From: an uncultured Acidimicrobiia bacterium
Lineage (GTDB): Bacteria > Acidobacteriota > Vicinamibacteria > Vicinamibacterales > UBA2999
Direction: 5' to 3'
Assembly: GCA_963784445.1 (NCBI GenBank)
Contig: CAWARO010000003.1
Location: 1,169,440 to 1,233,439 of the forward strand
DNA length: 64,000 nucleotides
Under the pieces are notes generated by a model. That model saw only the letters and a program-made list of their open reading frames with translations, was not told where the DNA came from and did not search any database. Both the position numbers and the translations under genes were made by a program. Position 1 is the first letter of the stretch, and every line of letters begins with the position of its first letter. Positions 8,676-18,156 of the stretch are shown piece by piece.

Positions 8676-10244
8676 TTGTCGCCAAGGCCGTTACGCCAAG
8701 TCGTGCTGGTCGGACGCCCTAATGTGGGTAAGTCCACACTGTTCAATCGGTTGAGCAGCACGAGGCGATCGATCGTCACGGCCATCCCCGGCACCACCCG
8801 TGACGTTATTACTCATCCCGTGGAATGGGGTCGGGTCCATTTTCAACTCACCGACACTGGCGGCCTGTTCGGCGCCAGTCAGGATCCGCTGCACGAGCTC
8901 GTGAAAGCGCACGGGTCGAAGGCTCTCAAGACCGCCGACCTCATCGTGTTCGTGGTCGACGGGCGCGAAGGATTGATCCCGGGCGACGAAGACATTGCCA
9001 AGGCCACGCGTGATGCCGGCGTGCCCGTGATCCTTGCGATCAACAAGTCCGACGATCGCCGTGCCCGCGATGCCGCTCTCGAATTCTCGCGCCTCGGATT
9101 CGATCGCATCGTCGAGATCAGCGCCGAACACGGTCAAGGCGTCGGCGATTTGCTCGAACTGATCACTGAGCACCTGGAACCCAACAGCACCCAACCCTTG
9201 GAACCTTTGGAACCCCTGGAACCGTTGGAACCTGTGGAGGAGCCAGCGAAGGAAGAAGTATCCATTGCGATTGTCGGGCGACCGAACGCCGGCAAGTCGT
9301 CGCTGGTGAATCGTCTGCTTCGTGAAGATCGCATGATCGTTTCCGAAGTACCCGGGACCACGAGGGATTCGGTGGACTCGTTACTGCAATGGCACAAGCG
9401 GACGTTCCGGCTTGTCGACACGGCGGGGATTCGGCGTCCTGGACAGGTCGCGAAGTCGCAGGTGGAATCCGTCAGCGTGCTGCTGGCGAAGCGCGCGATC
9501 GAGCGCGCCGACGTGGTGGTGCTCGTGCTCGATGCCACGGTTGGTCCCACCGATCAGGACGGGGCCATTGCCGGCGCCGCAAAGGAAGCCGGCCGCGGCA
9601 TCATCATCGCGGCGAACAAGTGGGACCTGATGAAGGATCAAGGCCCCGACGCGTCGAAGGTGTTCGACGAGAAGGTCCGTTACCACCTGAAGTTCCTCGA
9701 CTACGCGCCCATCCTGCATATCTCGGCGGTCACCGGCGAGCGCACGCCGAAGCTGCTCGAGGTGGTCGATCGCGTGGCCGTGGCGGGCCGCACCCGCGTG
9801 TCAACCGGCGAGCTCAACCGGTTCATCGAGAAGATCACCACGCAGTCGCCGCCGGTCACCGGCGGCAATCGCAACGTGCGCGTGATGTATGCGTCGCAGG
9901 CGAGCGTGGCGCCACCCACTTTCGTGCTGTTTACGAACACGGTGGCGAAGCTGCATTTTTCGTACGAGCGGTTTCTCGAGAACCGGTTGCGTGAGACGTA
10001 CGGATTCTTCGGCAACCCGATTCGCATCCAGGTCCGCGGCCGCAAGAATGTGCGAAAGGACCGGCGCACGGGCACCGAGCGCGCGCCGGACCGTCGGAAG
10101 CCGGTGAAAAGGGGCCCGGGCTCAAAGCCCACCAGGGCCTCGCGCGCGAAGGCCGCACACAAGAAGTCCGGGGGACGCGGCGCGAAATCGGCAGCACGCG
10201 GTGCCAAGGGCGCGCGGCACGGCGCGAGGCGCTCGAAGCGCTGA
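8676..10244 (+). CDS. der: ribosome-associated GTPase Der/EngA with a repeat linker and a basic C-terminal tail
   Basis: Two G domains (GRPNVGKSTLFN/DTGG/NKSD and GRPNAGKSSLVN/DTAG/NKWD) and a KH-like domain. TTG start. About 70 aa of Lys/Arg-rich tail. Confidence 0.92.
   Translation: MSPRPLRQVVLVGRPNVGKSTLFNRLSSTRRSIVTAIPGTTRDVITHPVEWGRVHFQLTDTGGLFGASQDPLHELVKAHGSKALKTADLIVFVVDGREGLIPGDEDIAKATRDAGVPVILAINKSDDRRARDAALEFSRLGFDRIVEISAEHGQGVGDLLELITEHLEPNSTQPLEPLEPLEPLEPVEEPAKEEVSIAIVGRPNAGKSSLVNRLLREDRMIVSEVPGTTRDSVDSLLQWHKRTFRLVDTAGIRRPGQVAKSQVESVSVLLAKRAIERADVVVLVLDATVGPTDQDGAIAGAAKEAGRGIIIAANKWDLMKDQGPDASKVFDEKVRYHLKFLDYAPILHISAVTGERTPKLLEVVDRVAVAGRTRVSTGELNRFIEKITTQSPPVTGGNRNVRVMYASQASVAPPTFVLFTNTVAKLHFSYERFLENRLRETYGFFGNPIRIQVRGRKNVRKDRRTGTERAPDRRKPVKRGPGSKPTRASRAKAAHKKSGGRGAKSAARGAKGARHGARRSKR
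9195..9239 (+). repeat. in-frame 9-nt tandem repeat (CCN YTG GAR x5) encoding PLEPLEPLEPLEPVE
   Basis: ccc ttg gaa / cct ttg gaa / ccc ctg gaa / ccg ttg gaa / cct gtg gag, located between the two Der G domains. Confidence 0.95.
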
Positions 10245-10260
10245 AAATGGACCCGACCCC

Positions 10261-10292
10261 CCTTGGCCTGGGCGACCCTTGGCCTGGGCGAC
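10261..10292. repeat. perfect 16-bp tandem duplication (CCTTGGCCTGGGCGAC x2)
   Basis: 10261-10276 is identical to 10277-10292. Lies in the der-MerR intergenic region. Confidence 0.95.
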
Positions 10293-10346
10293 GAAGCCGG
10301 CGCCGAGCGTCCGGGTTCGGAGTGAAGGCTTTATACTGACTTTGAA

Positions 10347-10793
10347 ATGGCGGCACCAAAACGCGAGCTCTTCAAGGCCGTGGAAGTCTGCGAGGTCGTG
10401 CAGCTGCAGCCCTACGTGTTGCGGTCGTGGGAAGCCGAGTTTCCGCAAATTGGCCAGACGCCCGCCGGCGGCGGACCACGCGTCTACCGTCGCATCGATA
10501 TCGAGCTGGTGCTGCGGATCAAGCAGCTGGTGTTTGACGAGGGCCTGACGCTCTCCGGCGCGCGGCGGCGGCTCGAGGAGGACAGCGGCGAGAATAACGG
10601 CGCCACCGTGCTCGTCAACGAAATGCTCGGCGCCGGCGTGCGCGCGAAATTGAAGACGGTCAGGAACGGGCTGGAGTCGATTCTGCAACTGCTCTCGAAA
10701 GACGAGGAAGAGGGCGAGTTACGGTTGGTGCCGCCCCCGGCCCCTGTGGCGGCAAAGAAGAAGCCAGTCGCCAAATCGAAAGCTAAGAAGTAA
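10347..10793 (+). CDS. MerR family transcriptional regulator
   Basis: N-terminal HTH FKAVEVCEVVQLQPYVLRSWEAEF...RVYRRIDIELVLRIKQLV; 148 aa; Lys-rich tail. Confidence 0.8.
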   Translation: MAAPKRELFKAVEVCEVVQLQPYVLRSWEAEFPQIGQTPAGGGPRVYRRIDIELVLRIKQLVFDEGLTLSGARRRLEEDSGENNGATVLVNEMLGAGVRAKLKTVRNGLESILQLLSKDEEEGELRLVPPPAPVAAKKKPVAKSKAKK

Positions 10794-10823
10794 ACTGGAC
10801 ATTCAACTGTCGACTGGTCTGGA

Positions 10824-10897
10824 CGGGATGTAGCGTAGCCTGGTAGCGCGCCTGCTTGGGGTGCAGGAGGTCCCGAGTTCGAATCTCGGCATCCCGA
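10824..10897 (+). tRNA. tRNA-Pro (anticodon GGG)
   Basis: Folded by hand into a cloverleaf. Acceptor CGGGATG/CATCCCG, D stem GCGT/GCGC, anticodon stem CCTGC/GCAGG with loop TTGGGGT, T arm CCGAG-TTCGAAT-CTCGG, discriminator A. 74 nt; no encoded CCA. Confidence 0.93.
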
Positions 10898-10905
10898 TTA
10901 CCCTC

Positions 10906-10945
10906 CACAGACGAATATCCACAGATGGCACAGATCACACAGATC
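10906..10945. repeat. CACAGA(T) short repeat cluster immediately 3' of tRNA-Pro
   Basis: CACAGA at 10906, 10920, 10929 and 10938 (ccacagacgaatatccacagatggcacagatcacacagatc). Confidence 0.85.
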
Positions 10946-10972
10946 TGACTGCGATCGAAAAAGCCGAAATTC

Positions 10973-11476
10973 TCAGTTCTCCGCCGATGCGTGGTGACGC
11001 TTCCGCGTCCGCGCTGCCTTGCGGGCGGCCGCACGTCTGACGCGTGGCCCCTTGGTGCGCACCGCCTTGCGAGCGGCCGCGCGGCGCTCCGTCCTCGTCC
11101 GCCGCTTGGCGGCTGAGCGCGCCTGTTTGGCCAGGGCGCGGCTGCTCGCGGCCGCGCGTCCCTCACGCTTCAGCCGGCGAAGCATCGCCTGCGATCGGCG
11201 ACGCGAGGGTTTGGCCCGCTTGCGTCCGGCGCGCGACGCCGACTTGGCGCTGCGCTTGGTCGCAGCGCTCGCGTTCTTCGGCGTGGGCAGCTTGACACCG
11301 GCGCGTCGCGCTTTCGCCAGGCCGATCGCGATCGCCTGCTTCGCGCTGCGCGCACCATGCTTGCCCTCCCGGATGTGATGGATCTCTTCGCGCACGAACT
11401 CACCAGCTTGCGTGCTGGGCGCCTTGCCCTGACGCTTGTCCCGCCGCGCGCGGTTAATGGTTTCCTTCTCAGGCAT
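10973..11476 (-). CDS. small basic protein; conserved N-terminal domain (DUF6496-like by memory) plus an Arg/Lys/Ala-rich tail
   Basis: GKAPSTQAGEFVREEIHHIREGKHGARSAKQAIAIGLAKARRAGV followed by a histone-H1-like basic tail. The family assignment rests on recollection only. Confidence 0.55.
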   Translation of the reverse strand: MPEKETINRARRDKRQGKAPSTQAGEFVREEIHHIREGKHGARSAKQAIAIGLAKARRAGVKLPTPKNASAATKRSAKSASRAGRKRAKPSRRRSQAMLRRLKREGRAAASSRALAKQARSAAKRRTRTERRAAARKAVRTKGPRVRRAAARKAARTRKRHHASAEN

Positions 11477-11543
11477 TCCGACCTCCGATCACCGGAGACG
11501 ATGCAACGCGGGTGCCATACGCCGCCTGGCCACTCCATCAATA

Positions 11544-12671
11544 ATGGAGAGAGTGCGTCTTGCTCCAAGGTCGGCCTTTCAGCTGATCACGATTGCCGTA
11601 GCGGTGGCGGTGGCGTTCGCTCCGCCCGGGGCCCGCGCCGTCGAGCGGTGGTATGCGCGCGGTCTCTATCCTCAGCTGCAGGCCGTCGCCACCTCGGTTT
11701 CGAATCGCGTGCCGGTTGCGCTGTTCGATGTCGCGGTGATTGTCCTGGCGACCGTTGCGCTCGTCACGTGGATTCACTCGATTCGCGTCGCGCGAAGGAA
11801 GCGATCAATCGGCACGATTGGCCGCGGCTTCATGGCGACCGTGACGCTGTTCGCACTGGTCTACCTCTGGTTTCTCGGCGCGTGGGGCCTCAATTACGCG
11901 CGGCAGCCGATCGAATCGGTGATTGCGTACGACGCGTCACGAATCACACCGCAAAACGTGCGCGCGCTCGCGGAGTATGCCATCGCGCAGGCGAACCGCA
12001 CGCACGCCGCCGCGCACGCCGCCGGCTTTCCCGCGATCGACGAGATGCCGCAGCCGCTCGTCACCGCGCTGCAGGACGTTGAGCGCGAGCTGGGACGGCC
12101 GCGAACCACCGTCGTCGCGCGCCCGAAGAAGTCGATCTTCTCGCCATTCTTCCGTGCCTCGAGCGTGAGCGGCATGCTCGCGCCGTTCTTTCTCGAGACG
12201 TTGCTCAATCCGGATCTCACCGGCCCGGAGCGCCCCTATGTGCTCGCGCACGAATGGGCGCACCTCTCCGGGTATGCGCCTGAAAATGATGCCAGCTTCG
12301 TCGGGCTACTCGCGGCGTTACGAGCCGGACCGGCCGCGGAATACAGCGCGTGGCTCGAGCTCGCATTCACCACGGTCGGCCAGCTGCAGCCGGTGACGCA
12401 GAAGCTCGTGTTGCAGAATCTGGCCGAAGGACCACGACAAGATCAACGCGCCATCTACGAACGCGTGATCGCCAGCCGGATCGAGACCGTCGATCGCATG
12501 GCGTGGGCCACCTACGACCAGGCGCTGCGATCGCAGGGCGTCGAGGAAGGCGTGCAAAGCTATAGTCGGGTAGTGGAGTTACTGCTGGGCACCGATGTCT
12601 TGAAGGTCCCAAGCCCCGAGCCCCAAGTCCCCGCCCCCGCCGAGGCTACCGCAGGCACGCCAAGACCATGA
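11544..12671 (+). CDS. DUF3810-like membrane-associated zinc metalloprotease-like protein
   Basis: HEWAHLSGYAPENDASF (HExxH) and an N-terminal hydrophobic segment. The ATG at 11544 was chosen because the track start at 11436 overlaps the divergent gene. Confidence 0.7.
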   Translation: MERVRLAPRSAFQLITIAVAVAVAFAPPGARAVERWYARGLYPQLQAVATSVSNRVPVALFDVAVIVLATVALVTWIHSIRVARRKRSIGTIGRGFMATVTLFALVYLWFLGAWGLNYARQPIESVIAYDASRITPQNVRALAEYAIAQANRTHAAAHAAGFPAIDEMPQPLVTALQDVERELGRPRTTVVARPKKSIFSPFFRASSVSGMLAPFFLETLLNPDLTGPERPYVLAHEWAHLSGYAPENDASFVGLLAALRAGPAAEYSAWLELAFTTVGQLQPVTQKLVLQNLAEGPRQDQRAIYERVIASRIETVDRMAWATYDQALRSQGVEEGVQSYSRVVELLLGTDVLKVPSPEPQVPAPAEATAGTPRP

Positions 12672-13757
12672 AGACCCGTGTCCTGAAAGTCGACCCGTCA
12701 CAACCAGACCCGACCGTGATCGAAGAAGCGGCCGCAGCGATACGCGATGGAAAACTCGTCGCTTTCCCGACCGAGACCGTCTACGGCCTCGGTGCGCACG
12801 CACTGGACGAAAGCGCCGTGCAGAAGATCTTCGACGCGAAGGAACGGCCGGCTACCGACCCGCTGATCGTGCACATCGCGCACGTCGGGCCAGGTCCCGC
12901 AGTGCGCGGCGTCATTCCCCGCAGCCGCGCGAAAGCTCGCGCTCTCGTTCTGGGCCGGGCCGCTCACGCTGATTCTTCCGAAGAAGCCGTCGATTCCCGA
13001 TCTCGTTACCGCCGGACTGCCGAACGTGGGGCTGCGCGCGCCCTCGCACCGCGTGGCACGGGCGCTGATGGAGATGGCCGGCGTGCCCATTGCGGCGCCG
13101 AGCGCCAATCGCTTTTCGCGTCCCAGTCCCACCACCGCGGCGCACGTGAAAGATGATCTCGACGGCCGTGTCGATCTGATTCTCGACGGCGGCCCCACCG
13201 ACATCGGCCTCGAGTCGACGATCGTCGATTTTTCGGTCGACCCTCCGGTGCTGCGGCGGCCCGGCGGCATCACCTTCGAGCAGGTCCACTCGCTGGTGCC
13301 CGAGGTGGTCCAGCAATCGGGCGACGGCGATGCCGCAAATCCGCAGGTCGCCCCTGGACAGCTAACCCGGCACTACGCACCGAAGGCGGCGCTGACCCTC
13401 TATGAGGGGCAGCCCGAGCTCGTGATCAAGAAGATCGGCGCCGATGCCCGGACGGCAGTGGCACAAGGCTCCAAGGTCGGGATCCTGGCGCCGGAGGACG
13501 ATTTGAAGGCCCTGGCTCCGGTGCTCGCCGCGGCGGCGTCAAGCGGCCGGATCGAGGTGCGTCCCTACGGGTCCCGGGCGGACATCGAGAGGGCGGGGCG
13601 GGAGTTCTTTGCCGCCCTGAGGGACCTGGATGCCTCGGGCGTATCCGTGATCCTCGCCAGCTCGGTGGGCGGCGATGGGCTGGGCCGGGCCATTCGCGAC
13701 CGGCTCGCGCGCGCGGCCGAGGGGCGGGTTAGAACCCTCCATGGAACGATCGTTTAA
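12668..13757 (+). pseudogene. L-threonylcarbamoyladenylate synthase (Sua5/TsaC type), one frame switch around 12890-12945
   Basis: Frame 2: FPTETVYGLGA...PLIVHIA. The protein continues in frame 3 as FWAGPLTLILPKKPSIPDLVTAGLPNVGLRAPSH...APSANRFSRPSPTTA plus a C-terminal Sua5 domain. Confidence 0.85.
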
Positions 13758-13836
13758 TTCTCAAAACCCGACCTGTAACAACGTATTAGCTTGTGACACT
13801 TGGTGTTATCATGCGCACCAATTGGGGGATGGCTCC

Positions 13837-14472
13837 ATGAATCAAGAGAGCATGGCGGATGCTCCGGTTATCCAACCGGGACATTCACGTAGGAATTTCA
13901 TTAAGGGCGTGATCGCCGCAGGCGCAACCGTGTCTGCGTCCGCGTACCTGTTTCGCACAACGATCCTCGGCCAGAACGAAGGCATGGCCGGGGCGGTCGA
14001 ACGTCTCATCACGCTCGACATCAACGGCCAGCAGCGCCGTGTCGACGTGCTCAAGAACGAGACGCTCGCCATGACCCTGCGCTACAAGCTGGGGCTCACC
14101 GGCACCAAGCTCGGATGCGACCGCTCCGAATGCGGCGCGTGCACCGTGCTGGTGGACGATGTGCCGCACTATTCCTGCTCGGTGCTAACGCATAGCATCC
14201 GCGGCAAGAAAGTGGTGAGCATCGAAGGTCTCGCTAAGCCCGATGGCACGCTGCACCCGGTGCAGCAGGCCGTGGTCGAGGGCCAGGGCTTCCAATGCGC
14301 CTTCTGCATGCCGGGTTTCGTGATGGCCACGGTCGGCTATCTCAAGACCAACCCGAATCCAACGCGCGAACAGCTCGCGCACGGCATCTCCGGCAACCTG
14401 TGCCGCTGCGCCGACTACGACAAGATTCTCGACTGCATGGTGCACGCAGCCGAACTCTCGAGGGGAGCGTAA
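13837..14472 (+). CDS. (2Fe-2S)-binding small subunit of a xanthine dehydrogenase/aldehyde oxidoreductase family enzyme, Tat-exported
   Basis: Twin-arginine motif SRRNFIKG; cluster motifs CDRSECGACTV, QCAFCMPG, NLCRCADY; RBS-like GGGGGA upstream of the ATG at 13837. Confidence 0.88.
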   Translation: MNQESMADAPVIQPGHSRRNFIKGVIAAGATVSASAYLFRTTILGQNEGMAGAVERLITLDINGQQRRVDVLKNETLAMTLRYKLGLTGTKLGCDRSECGACTVLVDDVPHYSCSVLTHSIRGKKVVSIEGLAKPDGTLHPVQQAVVEGQGFQCAFCMPGFVMATVGYLKTNPNPTREQLAHGISGNLCRCADYDKILDCMVHAAELSRGA

Positions 14473-14474
14473 TC

Positions 14475-17132
14475 ATGGCGCAAGAAAAGCCTGCAGCTCC
14501 GCCGGTCATTCCACCGGTTCCGAAAACATTCAAGCTCCTCGGCCACAACTACGTCACGCCTGATCTGGTGGCGAAGGTCACCGGCCGCGCGAAATACGCC
14601 GAGGACTATCGCGGTGAGGGCATGGTGTTCATCAAGCTGATGCCCAGCCCGCGTCCGCACGCACGCGTGGTCAGCATCGACGCCTCCGCCGCGCTCGCGA
14701 TGCCCGGCGTGCACGGCATCCTCACCGCCGACGATCTGCCGGCGCCGCCGCCGCCACCCACGCCGCCCGCCGCCGCGCCGCCGGCCAAGAAGGCCGAAGG
14801 TGACGCACCGCCCGCGAAGAAGGCTGAAGGCGCCGCCGCCGGTGCCGCTGCCGGCGTGCAAGGCGCGCCCGCCGCACCGGCAACCCCCGCGGCCGCACCG
14901 GCGCCGGCCGCACCGGCTGCGCCGCCGATGCCCGCGGAATTCGCGTTGACGAAAGAACCGGTGTACGAGGGCGAGCCGATTCTCGCCATCGCCGCAGACA
15001 GTGAAGAACTCGCGGCCGAAGCGATCGATCGCATCGTCGTCACCTTCGAACCGTTGCCGCACGTGATCGATCCGCTCGAAGGCCTCCGCCCCGGATCATC
15101 GAATGGCCGCGAGCAGGGCAACATCTTCGTGGGCCCGAGCATGCGGACGTTGAAGTGGACCGCGGCCGACATGGCGCTGGTCGACCAGGGCAAGTTCCCC
15201 TCGAATGCCGAGGCGGCCGAGACGTTGACGTTCGGCGACATCGAGGCGGGCTTCAAGGAAGCCGACTTGGTCGTCGAGCGCGACATGCATCAGCAGACCA
15301 CGTCGCACCAGCCGCTCGAATCGCGGTCGGCGATGGCCTACTGGCAGAACGGCAAGTGCTATCTCCACATCTCGACGCAGAGCCTCGCGCGCTCGGTGGC
15401 GTCGGTGGCGGGCTGGGTCGGGGTGAAGCCCGATGAGCTCGTGTTGATCAGCGAGTATACCGGCGGCGGTTTCGGCAGCAAGATTCCGGGCGCGCAAACG
15501 ATGGCGATCCCGGCGTTGATGTCGAAGAAGCTCAACGGCCGCCCGGTGATGATGCGCATCTCGCGCGCGGAAGAGACCTACATCGGCCGCGTGCGTCCCG
15601 GCTACCAGGGCTGGGTCAAGATGGGCTTCAAGAAAGACGGCAGGGTTACGGCGATCGACACGTTCATCGTCGAGGCCTCCGGACCGTATCGCCGCCAGGG
15701 CGATCACGCCACGACGGCGAACATCGGCTCGTTGTTGTTCCAGGCGCCGAATATGCGCTTCCGCGGTATCTCGGTGGCCACCAACACGCCGCCGGGCGTC
15801 TCGCAGCGCGCGCCGGGCGGACTGCAGGCGTCGGTCTGGTTTGAGCCGCTGATGGTCGAAGCGGCGCACAAGCTCGGCATCGATCAGGTCGCGCTTCACA
15901 AAATGAACGCGCCTGAGGGCCAGGCTGTGTTCGGTCTCGTTCCGCCGAACACGCCGCCGGGACGCCCGCGCAACAAGCTCACCAGCTGCTTCGTCAAGGA
16001 ATGCCTCGACAAGGGCGCCGAGATGTTCAACTGGGAAGCGCGCAAGGCGAACGGTGGCGGCAAGCGCACTGGCAGCAAAGTGCGCGGCGTGGGCGTGGGC
16101 ATCGGTGCCTACACCGCCGGATCGATCGGCGTCGACGGCCTCTGCATCCTGCGTCCCGACGGCAAGCTCGAAATCCATCAAGGCGTCGGCAACCTCGGCA
16201 CGCTCTCGACGTTCGACACCGCGCGCGTGATTTGCGAGGTGTCGGGCTTCCCGTGGGAGCAGTCCGAAGTGGTGTGGGGCAACACGTCGAAGGGCCTGCC
16301 GTGGTCGTCGATTCAGGCCGGCAGCCAGACGACGTATGCGCACACCCGCGCGAACTACGCAACGGGCATGGACTTCAAGAAGAAGCTCACCGAAATTGCC
16401 GCGAAGGATTTCGGCGGCAGCCCGGCGAGCTACGACACCAACGATCGCGGCGTGATTCGCAAGGGCGGCGGCGTGGTGTTGACGTGGGCGAAGGCGGCCG
16501 AACGCGCGATTGCGCTCGGCGGCATCTACGACGGCACCGAGACGCCCAAGGAAATCAACGCCATGACCAGGGCCGCGGCGGCTGCTCACAAGGGCCGCGG
16601 GCTGATGGGCGTGGCGCGCGACAACCTGCCACGCGACGGCCAGACCTACGGCTTCATGGCGGCATTCGCCGAGGTCGAGGTCGACGTCGAGACGGGCGTG
16701 TGGACAATCCTCGATTTCGTCGGCGTGGCCGACGTCGGCACGGTGATTCACCCGCACAGTCTTGGCGGGCAGATCCTCGGCGGCGGCATCCAGGGCATCA
16801 GCCACGTGCGCAGCCAGAAGCTGGTCTATGACCCGCACTATGGCAACGCGTTGGCGACGCGCATGCACCACAACAAGCCGCCGACGATCCTCGACATCCC
16901 GCAGAAGTCGCAGTGGGCGGCCGTTGGATTGCCGGACCCGACCAATCCGATCGGTGCCAAGGGCATCGGCGAGCCTTCGACGGTGGCCTCCGCCGGCGCG
17001 GTGTTGAATGCGTTGGCTGATGCGGTGGGCGACGACATCATTCGCCGCACACCGGTGCAGCCCGAGATGATCATGGCGACGCTGGCGAACAACCGCCAGA
17101 TCGCATACGAACGTTTGACGGCGTTTATCTAA
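14475..17132 (+). CDS. molybdopterin-binding large subunit (xanthine dehydrogenase family) with a Pro/Ala-rich insert
   Basis: YTGGGFGSKIPG, AKGIGEPSTV; about 885 aa from the ATG at 14475. About 65 aa of low-complexity insert at 14739-14933. Confidence 0.88.
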   Translation: MAQEKPAAPPVIPPVPKTFKLLGHNYVTPDLVAKVTGRAKYAEDYRGEGMVFIKLMPSPRPHARVVSIDASAALAMPGVHGILTADDLPAPPPPPTPPAAAPPAKKAEGDAPPAKKAEGAAAGAAAGVQGAPAAPATPAAAPAPAAPAAPPMPAEFALTKEPVYEGEPILAIAADSEELAAEAIDRIVVTFEPLPHVIDPLEGLRPGSSNGREQGNIFVGPSMRTLKWTAADMALVDQGKFPSNAEAAETLTFGDIEAGFKEADLVVERDMHQQTTSHQPLESRSAMAYWQNGKCYLHISTQSLARSVASVAGWVGVKPDELVLISEYTGGGFGSKIPGAQTMAIPALMSKKLNGRPVMMRISRAEETYIGRVRPGYQGWVKMGFKKDGRVTAIDTFIVEASGPYRRQGDHATTANIGSLLFQAPNMRFRGISVATNTPPGVSQRAPGGLQASVWFEPLMVEAAHKLGIDQVALHKMNAPEGQAVFGLVPPNTPPGRPRNKLTSCFVKECLDKGAEMFNWEARKANGGGKRTGSKVRGVGVGIGAYTAGSIGVDGLCILRPDGKLEIHQGVGNLGTLSTFDTARVICEVSGFPWEQSEVVWGNTSKGLPWSSIQAGSQTTYAHTRANYATGMDFKKKLTEIAAKDFGGSPASYDTNDRGVIRKGGGVVLTWAKAAERAIALGGIYDGTETPKEINAMTRAAAAAHKGRGLMGVARDNLPRDGQTYGFMAAFAEVEVDVETGVWTILDFVGVADVGTVIHPHSLGGQILGGGIQGISHVRSQKLVYDPHYGNALATRMHHNKPPTILDIPQKSQWAAVGLPDPTNPIGAKGIGEPSTVASAGAVLNALADAVGDDIIRRTPVQPEMIMATLANNRQIAYERLTAFI

Positions 17133-17145
17133 GGGGAAACTGAAA

Positions 17146-18156
17146 ATGCCACCGATTCGCGATGCAATGCCGGCATTTGAGCTCTTCCAGCCCGCGAGCG
17201 TGACCGACGCGCTCGGGGTACTCGACCGTCACGGCGCCGACGCCTGGGTGATGGCGGGCGGCATGGACACGTTCGACTGGTTGAAGGACCGCATCAAGAA
17301 GCCGAGAGTGGTCGTCGACCTGGGTATGGTGAACGAGTTGCGCGGAATCAAGGACGCCGGCGGCGGCCTCGAGATTGGCGCCATGACCACGCTCACCACG
17401 ATTGCCAACGACCCGATGGTCAAGGAGCGGTTCCCGCTGCTGGCGCAGGCGGCGCTGATCGTCGCGTCGCCGCAGATCCGCAACCAGGGCACGGTGGGCG
17501 GCAACATCTCGCAGGACGCCCGGTGCTGGTACTATCGCGCCGGCTGGCCGTGCTACCGCGCGGGCGGCAACATCTGCTACGCCGACACGCCGCAGGCGGT
17601 GAACCGCGAGCACGCGATCTTCAATGCCGATCGCTGCGTGGCGGTGAACCCGTCGGATACGGCGCCGGCGCTCGTGGCACTGGACGCGCAGTTCGTGATC
17701 AAGCGCGGCTCGGCCGAGCGCGTGGTGCCGGCCGAGGAGTTCTTCATCGGTCCGGAAATCGACATCACGAAGCTGACGATCCTGCGGCCGGGTGATCTGC
17801 TCACCGCGATTCGCCTGCCGGCCACGTGGGCGGGCAAGGCCCACTACTTCGAGAAGGTCCGCGATCGCATGGTGTGGGACTTCGCGCTCGTTAACATTGC
17901 CGCGGCGATCAACGCGTCAGGGTCGACGATCAGCGATGCCCGCATGGTGGTGAATGGCGTGGCGGCCACGCCGTACCGCCTGACCGCGGTCGAGTCGTTC
18001 ATCAGGGGCAAGGCGCGCGACAAGGCCACGGCCGATCAGGCCGCCGACATCGCCGTGCAGGGCGCCGTGACGCTGCGTCACAACGCCTACAAGATTCCGC
18101 TGGTGAAGGCACTGGTGAAGCGCGCCATCCGTGGGGACGCTGAATGGACCTCCTAG
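17146..18156 (+). CDS. FAD-binding subunit (CoxM/PaoB-like) of the molybdenum hydroxylase
   Basis: AGGMDTFDWLK, RNQGTVGGNISQ; 336 aa. Confidence 0.85.
   Translation: MPPIRDAMPAFELFQPASVTDALGVLDRHGADAWVMAGGMDTFDWLKDRIKKPRVVVDLGMVNELRGIKDAGGGLEIGAMTTLTTIANDPMVKERFPLLAQAALIVASPQIRNQGTVGGNISQDARCWYYRAGWPCYRAGGNICYADTPQAVNREHAIFNADRCVAVNPSDTAPALVALDAQFVIKRGSAERVVPAEEFFIGPEIDITKLTILRPGDLLTAIRLPATWAGKAHYFEKVRDRMVWDFALVNIAAAINASGSTISDARMVVNGVAATPYRLTAVESFIRGKARDKATADQAADIAVQGAVTLRHNAYKIPLVKALVKRAIRGDAEWTS

Noticed and set aside
10794-10972. Genomic island integrated at tRNA-Pro.
   Set aside because: No integrase, no duplicated tRNA 3' end, and no compositional break. The downstream genes look like ordinary core genes.
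13786-13812. Sigma-70-type promoter (TTGTGA / TATCAT) upstream of the molybdenum hydroxylase operon.
   Set aside because: The spacing between the hexamers is only about 10 nt (15 nt with the alternative TTAGCT). Promoter consensus in this phylum is uncertain, so the call would not be supportable.
13675-14474. Long N-terminal extensions of track ORFs (13675, 14295, 46143, 25393-26175, 33624, 35399, 21489, 11436, 57475, 53725).
   Set aside because: The extensions overlap neighbouring genes or repeats and lack conservation-like sequence. Internal starts with RBS-like purine runs and signal/Tat peptides give canonical N-termini.
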